DNA from: Octopus sinensis
Taxonomy: Eukaryota
Direction: 5' to 3'
NCBI RefSeq assembly: GCF_006345805.1
Contig: NC_042997.1
Span: 149,916,001 to 149,980,000 of the forward strand
Length of the DNA: 64,000 bases
Part shown: positions 11,760 to 24,831 of the stretch, piece after piece
Layout: each line of letters begins with the position of its first letter
Numbering within the stretch: position 1 is the stretch's first letter
Notes under the pieces: generated by a model
The model's input: only the letters and a program-made list of their open reading frames with translations
What the model was told of the DNA's origin: nothing
The model's database searches: none
Translations under genes and position numbers: made by a program

Positions 11760-13493
11760 GAGACATTTCAGCGGCACTTTGCCCGACTGTACGGGACGAG
11801 TAGTGAGCGTGAACGCAGGGTGGACTTCAGTGCCTACCTGCACAGCCTACCACGACTCTCGGCAAGAGAGGCAGAGTGCTGCGAAGGATGCCATCACGGC
11901 GGCGGATGTGCGGGACGCGATGGCAGAATGCTCGAGAGACAAATCGCCGGATTTGGATGGTCTGCCCTACGAGTTTTACAATTGTATGCCAGACTTGTTT
12001 GGAGACGTCTTGGCAGCTGTATACTGCAACTGGCAGCAAAACGGGAGCACACCCGGTTTTGTGAGTCGAGGAGCTGTAACACTGCTGAAGAAAGATCCAA
12101 ACAAGGGGAACATTATAGATAACTTTAGACCAATCACTCTGCTCAATGCAGACCTCAAAATTTTGACAAAGGTGTTAGCCAAGAGGTTGGCGCTTGTCAG
12201 CGAGAAACTAGTCGACAACGCACAAACGTGCGCCGTGCCGGGCCGGAGCATCCATGACAACCTCCATCTGATGCGCTACATCATAGACAGGGTAGTTAAC
12301 GAACTTGGCATGGGTGGGGCCCTGATCAACTTGGATCAATCGAAAGCCTTCGATAGGGTAGACCATCGATACTTGGAGGCAGTCCTGAGAGCGGCTGGTT
12401 TCGGTCCCGTCTTCCGCGGCTGGATAGCTGCCTTGTACAGAAGCATCCGTTCGGTAATTCGCGTAAATGGACATCTATCGAGACCTTTCGACATTGCACG
12501 TTCGGTCCGTCAGGGATGCCCCCTCTCGGCGCTTCTATACGTATTGATTCTTGAGCCACTACTGCGGAAGCTGGCGACTCTGAGGGGCATCCCGCGAGAA
12601 TTGGGATGCGAGACGAGCGTGTCTGCATACGCGGACGACGTCACCGTCATAGTGTCAAGCCACAAGCACATCGAGCGGGTCGGCGAGACACTGAAAGACT
12701 ACGAAGCGGTGACAGGAGCAAAAATCAACCGGGAAAAGTCAGTGGGCTTGCGGCTCGGCACCTGGAGAAGCAAGCCCATGCCGTCCACCAGTACCTCCGT
12801 CGTGGGACGCTGGACAGACGGCCCGGTTGAGTTGCTCGGGGTCTGGTTCGGTCCGGACCTCCAAATGGAGAAGAACTGGAACGGGATAACGAGTAGGGTG
12901 GTCACTCTCGCCCAGCAATGGGCCGAGAGGAAACTGTCCCTAAAAGGTCGGGCGGAGGTGGTGAACGCGTACATCGCGTCCATCATCTACTACCGCCTGA
13001 ACGTCGTACCTTGTCCCGACCCTACCATCACCAAACTAGAACGCATTCTCTTCCGCTTCTTGTGGAAAGGATGCGTCCCGATGGTCAGGTGATCCATTTG
13101 CTGTCAACACCCGTTGAAAGGAGGGCTGGGCATGCCGTGGTTGATGATGCGCAGACACGCGCTGAGACTGCGACATCTCTGGCTCTATGTAGACGATGGT
13201 GAACAGGTGTGGTCGCCGTTTGTGAGGCACGCATTCCCGCAACTCGTCTCCATGACCGAACTGCAGTCGTGGATGAAAAAGAGGCCGAGTAAGGGCGAAT
13301 GGCACCGCGAGGATTAGAGACAAACACTTTTCTCTCTGGTCAATCTCTCATCAACTTCTTCAAGTATCACTTGAAGAGGAAAGTGAGAGTAGAGAGGCAA
13401 GTTTTGTCTAGTGAATGTTTTAAAAAAAGATGGGTGAATGTAGCAAGGATGGCACGTATGAATGACGAAGCCACCTTGTCTATGATACTATGA
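11760..13493 (+). pseudogene. reverse transcriptase ORF2 remnant
   Basis: Motifs KSPDLDGLPYEFY, NFRPITLLNADLKILTK, LDQSKAFDRVDH, VRQGCPLS, AYADD, GGLG. Frameshift at ~11888, in-frame TGA at 13090-13092, internal deletion at ~13311 joining to the C-terminal peptide that ends at 13493. No endonuclease domain is present. Confidence 0.92.
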
Positions 13494-13881
13494 ACCGTAA
13501 AAATTAATACAGAGAGTTGCTTATTTGCAAAAAAAAAAGAAAGAAATATAACATGTGACTTCATTGACCGAGGTCACCGTGGTCTTTTCCGTAGGCTTTT
13601 CCTTCCACGGATAAACGTCACCTGTCCTCCCCTTTACACTTCACATTGACATTTCTGTGATTACAATCCCTATTGATCAACTTTTTTTCCTCTCCCCTTT
13701 TCTTTTTTTTCCCTCTCCTCCCCTATTTTTTAACTCCTCCCCTTTTTTTGTCCTCTTACTTTCCTTTTACGATCCCTTTTGATCGAAAACCAACCCCCTT
13801 TTTTTACCCCCAAAAGAAAAGCTCTACCTTGTAATTTGTTCTGTCTGTGTGCAGCCCTGTGTGGCTAATAAAGAAACATAA
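11760..13881 (+). mobile_element. 5'-truncated L1/Tx1-clade non-LTR retrotransposon
   Basis: GC-rich RT-coding block, T/C-rich 3' UTR, AATAAA at 13867-13872, then (CTAT)n at 13882-13908. Confidence 0.9.
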
Positions 13882-14089
13882 CTATCTATCTATCTATCTA
13901 TCTATCTATATATATATATATATATATATTTGAATAATTGAATGAATTATCTTATTAAGGATAATTCGAAAGATAACCGATACCAGGGTAGCAAATTCAC
14001 ATCAGAAAGAACACGGTTGAAGCTACGTCCCTAGGGCATAGACTACGTGTCTTCGTGCGGAAATTTGTATGTTTATTTTAAAATTATAT

Positions 14090-14337
14090 GTATATGAAAG
14101 AATGGAGTTGAACGACTAGTTAACAAATATCCTTTATTCTCGACATATGTTTCGAAGGCTGCATATTCATAATTCCGAAGGAATAAGGAGTACGTTATGC
14201 AGATTTCTCATCCTGATGAGAAATCTGCATAACGTACTCCTTATTCCTTCGGAATTAGGAATATGCAGCCTTCGAAACATATGTCGAGAATAAAGGATAT
14301 TTGTTAACTAGTCGTTCAACTCCATTCTTTCATATAC
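14090..14337. repeat. near-perfect 248-bp palindrome
   Basis: 123-bp arms with one mismatch found and a 2-nt loop at 14213-14214. Confidence 0.95.
14213..14290 (+). ncRNA. type I hammerhead-like motif with long helix II (family E)
   Basis: CTGATGA GAA..CTGCATA...TATGCAG..TTC GAA ACATATGT C GAGAA: palindromic helix III, GUC site after 14285. Confidence 0.65.
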
Positions 14338-14338
14338 T

Positions 14339-14369
<31 letters not shown>

Positions 14370-14506
14370 GTATGTATGCATGTAAGCATGTATGTATATA
14401 TGCTTGTGTGTGTGTGCTTGCGGATGTGTGTGCCTGCTTGTGTCTGTGTGCGCGTGCTTGTGTGTGTGTTCGTGCTTGTGCGTGTGTGCTTTTGTGTGTG
14501 TGTCTA

Positions 14507-14625
14507 TTAAGAAAGAGACAACAAAACCAAGCAGTGTGAAATCTCTAAGACATTTATAAAGAGAAAATTAGTTTTACAGCTGCTTCAGGGATATGAGGGA
14601 TATCCCTTCATCAGAGACGATACGA
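14507..14625 (-). mobile_element. hammerhead-bearing repeat (family D); motif at 14571-14618
   Basis: Minus strand GTCT CTGATGA AGGGATAT ccctc ATATCCCT GAAGC AGCT GTA AAAC. Homologous to 22948-23063. Confidence 0.7.
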
Positions 14626-14802
14626 GTGAGTTTTATTGAGAGAAATTTTAGAGCTCAATATAAGACGTTATTTTGGAGAGGGAGAGATATAGGAAGCAGA
14701 AAGGGAAATAAGAGAATGAAAATAGAAACCTATGTTGGATACATATAGTATGAAACAAAGAAGAAAAAATAATACACTAATACCGAAGGTAGATTAATGT
14801 GT

Positions 14803-14950
14803 TTATTATTAAAGCTGCAAAAAACATCAGACAAATATTACAAAAAACTGCTTGTCTGAGAATCAAAACTATCCGACGAACGGGAACGTGAAACTCTGAG
14901 TACCAGATTTCTATGATATTGCTGTGATGTTTTTGCAGCTTTAATAATAA
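14803..14950. mobile_element. small inverted-repeat element enclosing a degenerate hammerhead (14873-14902, family F)
   Basis: ~27-bp inverted arms TTATTATTAAAGCTGCAAAAAACATCA. The interior reads CCGACGA ACG GGAA CGT GAA ACTC T GAGT A; helix I is not recoverable. Confidence 0.5.
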
Positions 14951-14951
14951 T

Positions 14952-15008
<57 letters not shown>

Positions 15009-15064
15009 GAGAGAATGAGAGAGAGAGAGAGACAGACAGACAAATAGATAGACGGACATATATT

Positions 15065-15097
<33 letters not shown>

Positions 15098-16061
15098 GGT
15101 TATAGATATATATGTGCATATAAATGTATCTCTATATGTATGTATGTATGCCTATATGTATGTATATATGTATGTGTGTATATATGTATCTATGTATGCA
15201 TGCATGTACGTACGTATGTTTGTATGTATTTATTCAGGGCAGAAATTTGTAGTAAGATAATTAATCTTTTGAAAGCAATAAGTTCTATACACATACAATA
15301 AATATAAATTAAAGAATTTCTCGTGTCAGCCTGAGTTGCTCTTCATTATACATATTGTCCTTTGTGTGTTTTTCAAAATATGTTGCAAATTTCATTAAAA
15401 TCGGTTCAAAATTTCAAAATAAATCAGATGCAAAATCTGCAGCTTTGTAAATAATAATGGGTGTTATTCATATAAAAATATCTAACACCACATTTCACTA
15501 AATGATTGTATGGTCAATTTCCTGTATATTACTGGCAATTAAATTTCTGTGAAGCCCAAGGTTTCTGGAAAAGGAAATTTTCGTGAGATAATATTACAGA
15601 GTATAATTAAATGCAGTGTACGAGCCTTATTCTGTGGTTAAGAACTCTCTCTCTCTCTCCACTCTCTCTCATACTCACAGATACACATACACACACTTAT
15701 ATAGTTATGTATGTACGTATTTATGCCATAATTAATTTATGTATGAAATGAAATAGATGACTAGTTTGAATAAAATTATAACAAAATCCTAAAATTTAAA
15801 CAAAATATACGTATCCTTTTATAAAACATTTCAAATGGTGTATCTGGTTATATGTGAGTGGAAATACCTTTTAAATACTTTAAATTTTTGAAAGATTTAA
15901 TTGCCTCTGGAATTTAAGAAAACACTAATATGCGTTAGAGATAAACAATGAACTTGTGAATGATAAAAAATTAAATGACGTTCCTTTATAAGATGAATAT
16001 TTCTGAGTATATCGCAAATTTGAATTCACACTAAATGCACGAAAGAAAATTATGCAAACTA

Positions 16062-17251
16062 TTATGGGGTCATAATAATGCCTTTCTTTATACTTGTTTT
16101 ATTTTTCAAAATTAAGATAAACAATCCTAACCAAAACCCTAACCCTTACCCTAATCCTAACCCTAAAATATATTCTCTTTCATTTTCGACAATGCTCTTC
16201 CATCTATCTGGTAGTCTTGTAAGACCCCTCTTCCAGAATTCACTTGTCCATGACGGTAAATACTCCTCCAGTTCTATTCTGACCGCGTCTACAGAATTCA
16301 TATTTTTTCCCTCCAAATGATTTTGAAGACTGCAGAATAAATAATAATCAGATGGGGAATTGTCCGGCGAATATGGTGGGTGAGACATCGTTTCTCATTC
16401 AAATTAGTTCCAGCTTTTGGCATGTCATCCTCGTTGTATGTGGCAGAGCATTATCCTGATGGAAGACACCTTTCGTCTTGAAAACGATGATGGTCATTTT
16501 TCTTCTAGCGCTGACTTAAGCCGCTCAATCTGTTCGCAGTAGATCCCCTTTGTTACCGTTTGTTTTGGGTTTAAAAGTTCAAAGTTCAAAGTTTTTGAAG
16601 AACCCATTTCTCGTCACCAGTTACTATTCAGTTCAAAAAAGGTTTATTCCTGAGACGTGACAGCAAAGAAGAGCAAACATTTACGCTCTGCGCGCGATTA
16701 AACTCGGACAGCATGTGAGGAACATATTGACCCCATCTGTTGACTTTTCCAGTGGCACGCAAGATGTCGATGAAAGGTTGAATGACCAAATACAAGCTTG
16801 TCTGCTAGTTCCTCAACAATTATGATGGGATTTTGTTCCACCAGTGTTTGCAGGACTTCCTCGTTGTGCTCTACAGATCTTCTAGGACGAGGCTTATCGT
16901 CTAGGCTGTTGTTTCAGCCTCGAAATTTCTGGAACCACCGTTGACACTGACTTATGCTTATTGTCCGATCCCCATATGCTGCATTCCTCGCACATTCCGT
17001 TGTGTCATTGCCTTTATTGAACTCATAAAGCAAAAATATTCCGAATATGCACCTTTATAACTTTCATTATATCTTTGAAAAAATAAATGTTACAATCGAA
17101 GCGCACTCTTCAAAAGTTGTACTAACAATAAGCACAAGGTAAAATTATTAACAGTTTTTATAGCAAGCTGATGCAGGTAGCTTATTCCGTCCCCCTCCGA
17201 CTTTTACTTCAAATGATTGACAAAACCACATTATTTATGGGATGACCAACA
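16062..17251 (-). mobile_element. degenerate near-full-length mariner element
   Basis: Minus-strand motifs YGDRTISISQCQRWFQKF, GQYVPHMLSE, IVTGDEKWV, FHQDNALPH, HPPYSPD, FWKRGLTRLPDRWKSIVEN. TIR-like GGTCATCCCATAAATAATG at the right end with a decayed copy at 16062-16080. Many stops and frameshifts. Confidence 0.9.
16125..16166. repeat. degenerate (CCCTAA)n telomere-like tract
   Basis: TCCTAA CCAAAA CCCTAA CCCTTA CCCTAA TCCTAA CCCTAA. Confidence 0.7.
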
Positions 17252-18790
17252 TTTTCATTAATAAATAGTTTTAAAACAATTTTCATATTTTTGGTGATAA
17301 GTTTTGAAAAATTTCCTATAGAAGCAATACATTCCCTAATGCATTTCTAAGGCAAAAGGAAGGAATAATTTATGCTTATATTTCACTAGCTAATATTATT
17401 TTGGGAATTAGCAGATGATTATAATTTTATTGTTTAAAGGATGTGCTCTAACAAGAAGTGTCTAAAAATTACTTCTAATTAAAATTGTAGGAAATGAAGA
17501 GAGATGGAAATATGATAATGGACTGTGTTAGTATTATATCTCATTATTTTCATGAATTAACATCTCAAACATACTTGAATTTAAGTATAAATATAAGACA
17601 TATAAACAAGGAAAAGTCAATATATTTTATAACAGCGGAGATATTTATGTGTGGAGTTTAAATGCTATCGATGCAAACAATACAAAGTCCAAAAGAGAAA
17701 ACGATGTGAGGAAATAGATGGAAAATCAGAATTTATAATGCATTAATAGAAATAATTTCTTTTAGATTAGAATTAGAGATATATATGTTTCTACTATTAA
17801 CAGGAAAGTTAAATTTGGTTTCCATTAGATATTGGGAAGGAAATTGGGAATGTGTAAAAGTATAATTTGTTGGTGTTTCGCAAAAAGAGTGACGAATATG
17901 CCGTTGTCAGATTAGTATTAATTATTATATGAGTTGGGAATACATTTAGATTAAGCATTACAATTAATGAAAATGAAGTACTTTAGTTAAAATGAAATTT
18001 AATAAAGACTTAGTATGAAAAATTAAGTACTGAATCGTTTAATGATTGTATAATGAAAACTTACTAAGTACTATATATAGGTTTCCTTGAGTTAAACGTT
18101 TGTATGATACCAATCAACTGATATTAATAGAAATGTTACTACTGTTAGATATATGTGTAATGATAAATGTGCCTTATATCTGGGTTCAAAATAAAAAGAA
18201 ATTCTAAAATGTGGAAATAATAGAGTAAAAAATAGTCACAAATTTATCATTAGCTCAATGACATTTCATGGCAATTTCTCGAAAATAAATGCGTCTTTTA
18301 ACGATGTAATTCAATTACCAACAAATATTTTTTGCTGCTGATACCAGTAAAACTAATAAACTTAGTGACATGGGTTTATAGTTCTGGTACCGTTTCGTTA
18401 GTTGTTTTGTTCACATTTTCTGTATACGGATGACTGTTTCATTGGCTGAGTATGCCTGTTAGGAGAGATAAAAAAAAAATATTGGTTAAAAATGATTCGA
18501 AGTTTATGTTTATATGATGAAAGTAATTTTGAATAACATTTAAGTTTTTGATGTTTAGATTTCAAACGATTCATAAGTGCGAAACTGACAAGGAGTTTTA
18601 TTGGTAGTGTACAGTTTAGATGAAAAATTTTTTCCCTCCATTTTATATCAAATGATGTTTCGACTTTAAATGTCAAGTGTAATTGATCAGCGACTTTTCC
18701 GCTTTTCTATTTGGCTGTCCAAAAGTATGTGCGTGTGTGTATACATGTATATATACATGTTTATATATATACATGTTTATATATATACAT

Positions 18791-18872
<82 letters not shown>

Positions 18873-18980
18873 TCATATATATAAACATATATATGTACCT
18901 ATGCACGGATGTATCTTTATGTATACATATAAGCATAAGCATGCATACATAGGTGCACACGTGTTTCGTGCTTTTTATAC

Positions 18981-19043
<63 letters not shown>

Positions 19044-19628
19044 TACAGAGAAGGGGGGCTGGAAACAACGCATTCTCTTTTGGCTTTTACTATCATCTTA
19101 ATAAATTTATATGGGCGTATATCCGTACATATACATGCATATATGTATACATACACACACGCGCGCGCGCACGCACACACACACACAAACATATATATAT
19201 ATATATATGTGTGTAAGTAAACATGCATACATGTACACATACATGCATGTGTGAATATGCATATGTAGGCATAAGCGTAGTTTTAAGCACCTGCACCCAT
19301 TCGTGCAAGCATTAACTCCTTTACTTATGTAGATTACATAATATGCAATATGTTTTACATATTTTGACAGTGTGTTTCATAAATTTTCTCTTGAGTAGGC
19401 ACGATCTTTCTGGTTTTATTAAACCCAGCGTCTGAAGATAGCTACTGCGACTGTTACTCAAGGGATCAAAACCAGCAAGAATTACTGGTTGGAATTTAAA
19501 TCTATAATCGTGATGCAAAAACTGCTGCTTTCTCATTAGTTCACCATTCGCAGGGAAAATGATTTTAAGTATTAAGTATAATTCATTTTCTCTATCATAT
19601 AGCATTTATAGTGTGTATATAGGTATAA

Positions 19629-19856
19629 TACTGTTCTGGGTTTTTGAGATGAGGAATTCTGTACATCATATACATTATTTACATTGGATGGTTATGTGTC
19701 TTCATCTTCTTTGTGGTTATCACAAAATATCGGCTGATTTTACAGGCTTCATCAGGTGTCCTGGTAGAATTTTGAACTCAACCCTGGGTTCTGATTCCTA
19801 AGGTATTTTTGCTGATGTTATTGTTGTTGTTGTTGTTGTTATCATTATTATTATTA
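19629..19856 (-). mobile_element. family A hammerhead-tailed element, head missing; degenerate motif at 19720-19760
   Basis: Homologous to 699-900. Minus strand reads GACAC CTGATGA AGCCTG TAAAAT CAGCC GATAT. Confidence 0.7.
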
Positions 19857-21662
19857 TATGTTTGAATTTTGTTTTGTATTTATACAAGTTGGCTCCAACT
19901 CTCACTCACAGACCTAAAGAGACAACAAGTTAGAAGTTCATGTTGATGTTATGCCTACAGTGTCATATATTTGGTTTTGCACATAGTATTGTTCTAGAGA
20001 ATGTTTAAGAAAACATAAGAAAATTATGAGTATTTTTTCAAAACTTTGAGATTACATAGTTGGTATCTTACGTAGGATATGAGCAGTTCTCATGAGAACT
20101 ATCTTTCGAATTTCTGTCATTTTGGAATTTCCTTGTATCTGAGCTAGGTAAGAATCAGCTCCTTTTGCTATCATTCCTGGGACACCTATGACAAAAGGTA
20201 TTGTTTTAGTCTTCAGATTCCACATTTTGCCAATTTCTATTTCAAGATCTTTATAATTGCTCAGTTTTTGGTAGATCTTGACAGATGCATTTATGTCGAC
20301 TGGTACAAACATATAAATGAGGAGGTAAGATTTTGCTTGAAGTCTTTCCATATAATATCTGGCCTATTTACATCTATCTTTCAATCAGTTTGAATGTTGA
20401 AGTTCCATAGGAGCGAGGTGTGATCATTTTCAAGCACTTTACGTGGTTTGTGTTCCTACCAGTTTTTATCATAGGGCAGGTGCAGGCTTTTGCAAATTAC
20501 ACAGTGAATATATTGTGCTGCTCTATCATGCCTGTTGAGATACTCTGTAGGCGCAAGAAGACTGCACATGGGGACAACATAATCAGTGGTTTCATTTTGC
20601 TGTTGACATACACGACATTTTGGGCTATTGCCGTTCTTTAATATGTTGGCCTGGTAGTTCCTTGTAGTTAGGCATTGATCTTGGGCTGCTACGATACTAC
20701 GATAAACCCTTCTGTTTCTGATTTTAACCGAGAAGCCATTAACCATTGATGGGTAAGGGTTTTGTCAACCTAGACACTATTATCTCTCTTTGGGTATTTG
20801 CCACTGAGAGATTTTTCTTACCATTTATCAGTAAGAATATGTAAGATAGCAGTTTTAGCACGGGTTTTCATAGGTTTAGCTCATTCTATGTTTCTAGTAC
20901 GTCTAATTCTAGAATTGGAATTCACGTAGTTATTTCTTGGCCTGTTTTGTTACTGAGTATGATGCTTCCTTGTTTTCATACTTTCAGACAAGTTTAGTTT
21001 TCTTTGCTTCTGAAGTAGGTATTTCTGTAGTTTAATGGTGGCTATTTTGTAATAGTTTTCTAGCTGTATAAGGCTTCTATCACTTTCCATACGTTGTATA
21101 TATAACAGATCTTATCTCTTATTTTCTATTTGTTCTGAATTTTATTTATCCACAGGATTTGTTGGGTGGTGATACTCCTGTTTGGATTGGTTTGAGGGGG
21201 TATCCAGCTTCTTCCGTGCACCCAGATGCTGCTGCATATATTATATCATTTAGCCTGCTCATATTGATATTAGTTTCTGTGGCTATTAATTTCTGTGATG
21301 TCCACGTTCATGCTATTTATTATTGATGTTTCATTATCAATTTGAAGTTTTGGGAGGTACAATCGGTGGTCCGTTCATTTTTAGAGTATCACAATCATTA
21401 GTTTCACCTTCACTGTTTCCAGGTCTTAGATTTGTTCCCTCATTTTCACATTTTTGTCTGTGGTGTTCTGGTTTGGTGCATTTTGCTTATCATTATACAT
21501 TCCTACGGTCTGAGTTTGTTGTCTTTCGTTATTTCGTTTTTGTTAGACATGTTACGTCTGTCTTCGTGTTTTACATTCCTAGTGCTTATATTATTTGGCA
21601 TTGCTGTCTTGTTACTATCTACGTTTTCCTTGTGTATTTTGCCTTTTCAATGTTCTTCATCC
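19857..21662 (-). mobile_element. R4/Dong-type (RLE endonuclease) non-LTR retrotransposon, internally deleted
   Basis: AAQDQCLTTRNY..KCRVCQQQNETTDYVVPMC..RHDRAAQYIH (zinc knuckle); VPVDINASVKIYQKLSNYKDLEIEIGKMW..PFVIG..TAHILRK (restriction-like endonuclease); N-terminal remnants at ~21150-21650. The RT core is largely absent. (TAA)n on both sides. Confidence 0.85.
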
Positions 21663-21676
21663 TATTATTATTATTA

Positions 21677-21751
<75 letters not shown>

Positions 21752-21860
21752 TATTATTATTATTATTATTATTATTTTTATTACTATTATTATTACCATC
21801 ATAATTAGTAGTAGTAGTAGTAGTATCATTATTATTATTATTGCTATTATCATCATCATC
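21663..21860. repeat. (ATT)n compound microsatellite
   Basis: Directly visible. Confidence 0.95.
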
Positions 21861-22947
21861 ATTATTGTTGCAGCAGCTATTGTTTAGGTTAATACTTATA
21901 ATTGCTGCTGTTGTTTTATTGAGTGAGAGAGTAGCACATACCATCAAACTGACACTGGGGTACAAATATACGGAGTCTAATATACCCATCATGTCTACTC
22001 TTCTGATAAGTGTACACCAGGCACATGCATCACAACCATATGTGCGCGACATATATCTCGACAAACGGTGCAATATTTTGCAGATGGGGGTCCCTGTTAG
22101 AATTTATATATATATATATATCAAAAGGATATGTTACAATATTTTTCCCCAGCCATACCCACAGCCCAACAGACCTCCATCGTCAGCTACTCCACGGATA
22201 TAATTATGGTTTCGACACCTGTGCAGTACCATTAAATCCGGTGGTGTCAGCAATGCGGAAATAAGTGTTGTTTGGGAACAAACAAACCAAAGAAACCACA
22301 ACTTTCAAGCACATTTACCCAATGTACAACCGTATCGATAAAATCGAGATATATATTCCATAGATAAATTTAAAAAACTCTTAAATACGTAACAAAACAG
22401 CAACACCTCTATTGAGTCATAAAATTTTATAATCCATACCGTCTTCCGTAGTGTAATGTTAAAGTAAAGCTTGATAACCACATTATTTCAATCAATCAAT
22501 ATATAGGCAGGATAAAACACTAACTTTACTGAAACTACAACAGGAACCAGTTAAACCAATGTACATTGTATCGCTATGAATAGTAAGCTGCAATAACTAA
22601 ATTATATGCTAAATTGCGATCCATCTTTAAGTTTATATGAATAACAATCACACCGGTTTTCCATAGATACTACTATAATAAAGTCGGAAATCTTATATTT
22701 TTTTCTTTCTGGAACAAAACATGATTGAAATTCACTTAAGTAATATTTTTTTGTGTGAAATACATTATTTCATCATTCAAAAGTTAATAGTAAAATACTA
22801 CATACACATTACACTACATACATAACAACTACAATTTATAATATTAAATTGCCAGTGACTAGTATACACTTAAATTTCATTAAATAGGAACTAATAAAAG
22901 TATTTGTAATAATCTAATATTATACATCTTGCTATATTTAAAGCTAA

Positions 22948-23191
22948 TTAAATAAAATGAGACAACAAATCCAAAGCTGTGTGGAGTTTTCAGGACATTT
23001 ATAAAGAGAAAGTTAATCTTACTGCTGTTTCTGGGATATTAAGGATATCCCTTCATCAAAGACGATGTGAGATGGTTAAATTAATAATGGATATCCCTAA
23101 TATCCCAGAAACAGCTGTAAAACTAAGTTTCTCTTTATAAATGTCCTGAAAACTTCACACAACCTTGGTTTTGTTGTCTCATTTTATTTAA
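22948..23191. mobile_element. inverted pair of family D repeats; hammerhead at 23016-23063 (-) and partial copy at 23089-23124 (+)
   Basis: ~100-bp arms. Minus strand GTCT TTGATGA AGGGATAT..ATATCCCA GAAAC AGCA GTA AGAT; plus strand GGATAT..ATATCCCA GAAAC AGCT GTA AAAC. Confidence 0.8.
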
Positions 23192-23311
23192 CTTAAACAT
23201 CCTAATACAAGCCCCGATTTAGACACGTCACTCATGTCATTATCGAACCGGGAGTTTAACTACGGTCTTTCCATAGCACTTAGATAGCATTACCTGGATA
23301 CTAATACCTCT

Positions 23312-23380
<69 letters not shown>

Positions 23381-23567
23381 CCATACATATCCATATATAT
23401 GTATATATACACACATATGTATATATATATTACACTGATATATATATACATATATGTATGTATAAATATATATAAATTTATAAATGAGGGTGAAAAATTT
23501 GATATTAATTTAATAATACCATCAGTTTAACACCAAGTGGCCACGTAGTGGTAACTCTCTTATAATT

Positions 23568-23606
<39 letters not shown>

Positions 23607-23794
23607 AATTTATACTATATATTTATACTATACTATTATTTACACTATTATTTATACTGTATATTTATACTATATATTCTATATTCTACATTAATATTAT
23701 AATATTATAAAGAATATAAATAAAACATTAAAAAAACAGTTGGAATTTCTTTGAATAATATATATCCCTGTATACACAATCTTAAAAACCCCTT

Positions 23795-23834
<40 letters not shown>

Positions 23835-24078
23835 GTGTGTGTGTGTATGTATGTAGATGTATATGTATATATGTATGTACGTATATATGCAAACACAAAG
23901 ACAGCAATGACTGAAGACATTCAGATGACTATTTAAACATAAATATTATATAGATGCTTATTCTAATAGATCAAATTTACACAAGTATATATAAGTATAT
24001 GTGTGTGCGAGTATATGTGCGTGTGAGTATATGTGTGTATACATGTGTGTGTTTGTGTACGTTAGCACATATACATAC

Positions 24079-24168
<90 letters not shown>

Positions 24169-24643
24169 ATATATGTACGTGTTGGCGTGAGCGTATGTGC
24201 GTTCGTGGATATATAGAAATAGCTAGAAAAGCGTAAACAAAGAGAAAAGTTACTTTTGAACCACTTCCCTAGCGGTATTTGTTTTGCACCGAGTTACAGA
24301 TACTTTACTGCCACACTCGCCGCTATAAATACAGTGACTGCATCGCTGGAAAACTGTATCAAGCGATAATGTTATTCACCAAAGTCTGATATAAAATCAA
24401 ATTGAAAATAAAATTTGTTTTAACCACAAACAAAAAATGAAAGAAGTGCCGAATAAACATATTTTTGAAATGCTCTCTTAATTTGACCTGGCCAGGAAAA
24501 CTACCATTTAGACACGCTTTTTATCAATCTCTGTGCTCACTTAATGCCTCATTGACATCACAGACGATCAAAGAGATTTGGCTCGCCTGCGTACTTCAGT
24601 ATGTTTGCCTTTGTATGTATATATATGTGGATATATAAGTATA

Positions 24644-24763
<120 letters not shown>

Positions 24764-24771
24764 TATATGTG

Positions 24772-24831
<60 letters not shown>

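Noticed and set aside
11551-13092. 513-aa ORF as an intact gene
   Set aside because: Its N-terminus is (TCTA)n read-through and a wrong-frame stretch before the ~11888 frameshift; the rest is a truncated LINE RT.
17400-18050. Purine-biased stretch as an ancient LINE RT
   Set aside because: Only a vague GVxQ-like word; no ordered motif series.
24324-24331. TATAAATA in GC-richer flanks as a core promoter
   Set aside because: No convincing initiator at the expected spacing, and TATA-like words are ubiquitous in this sequence.
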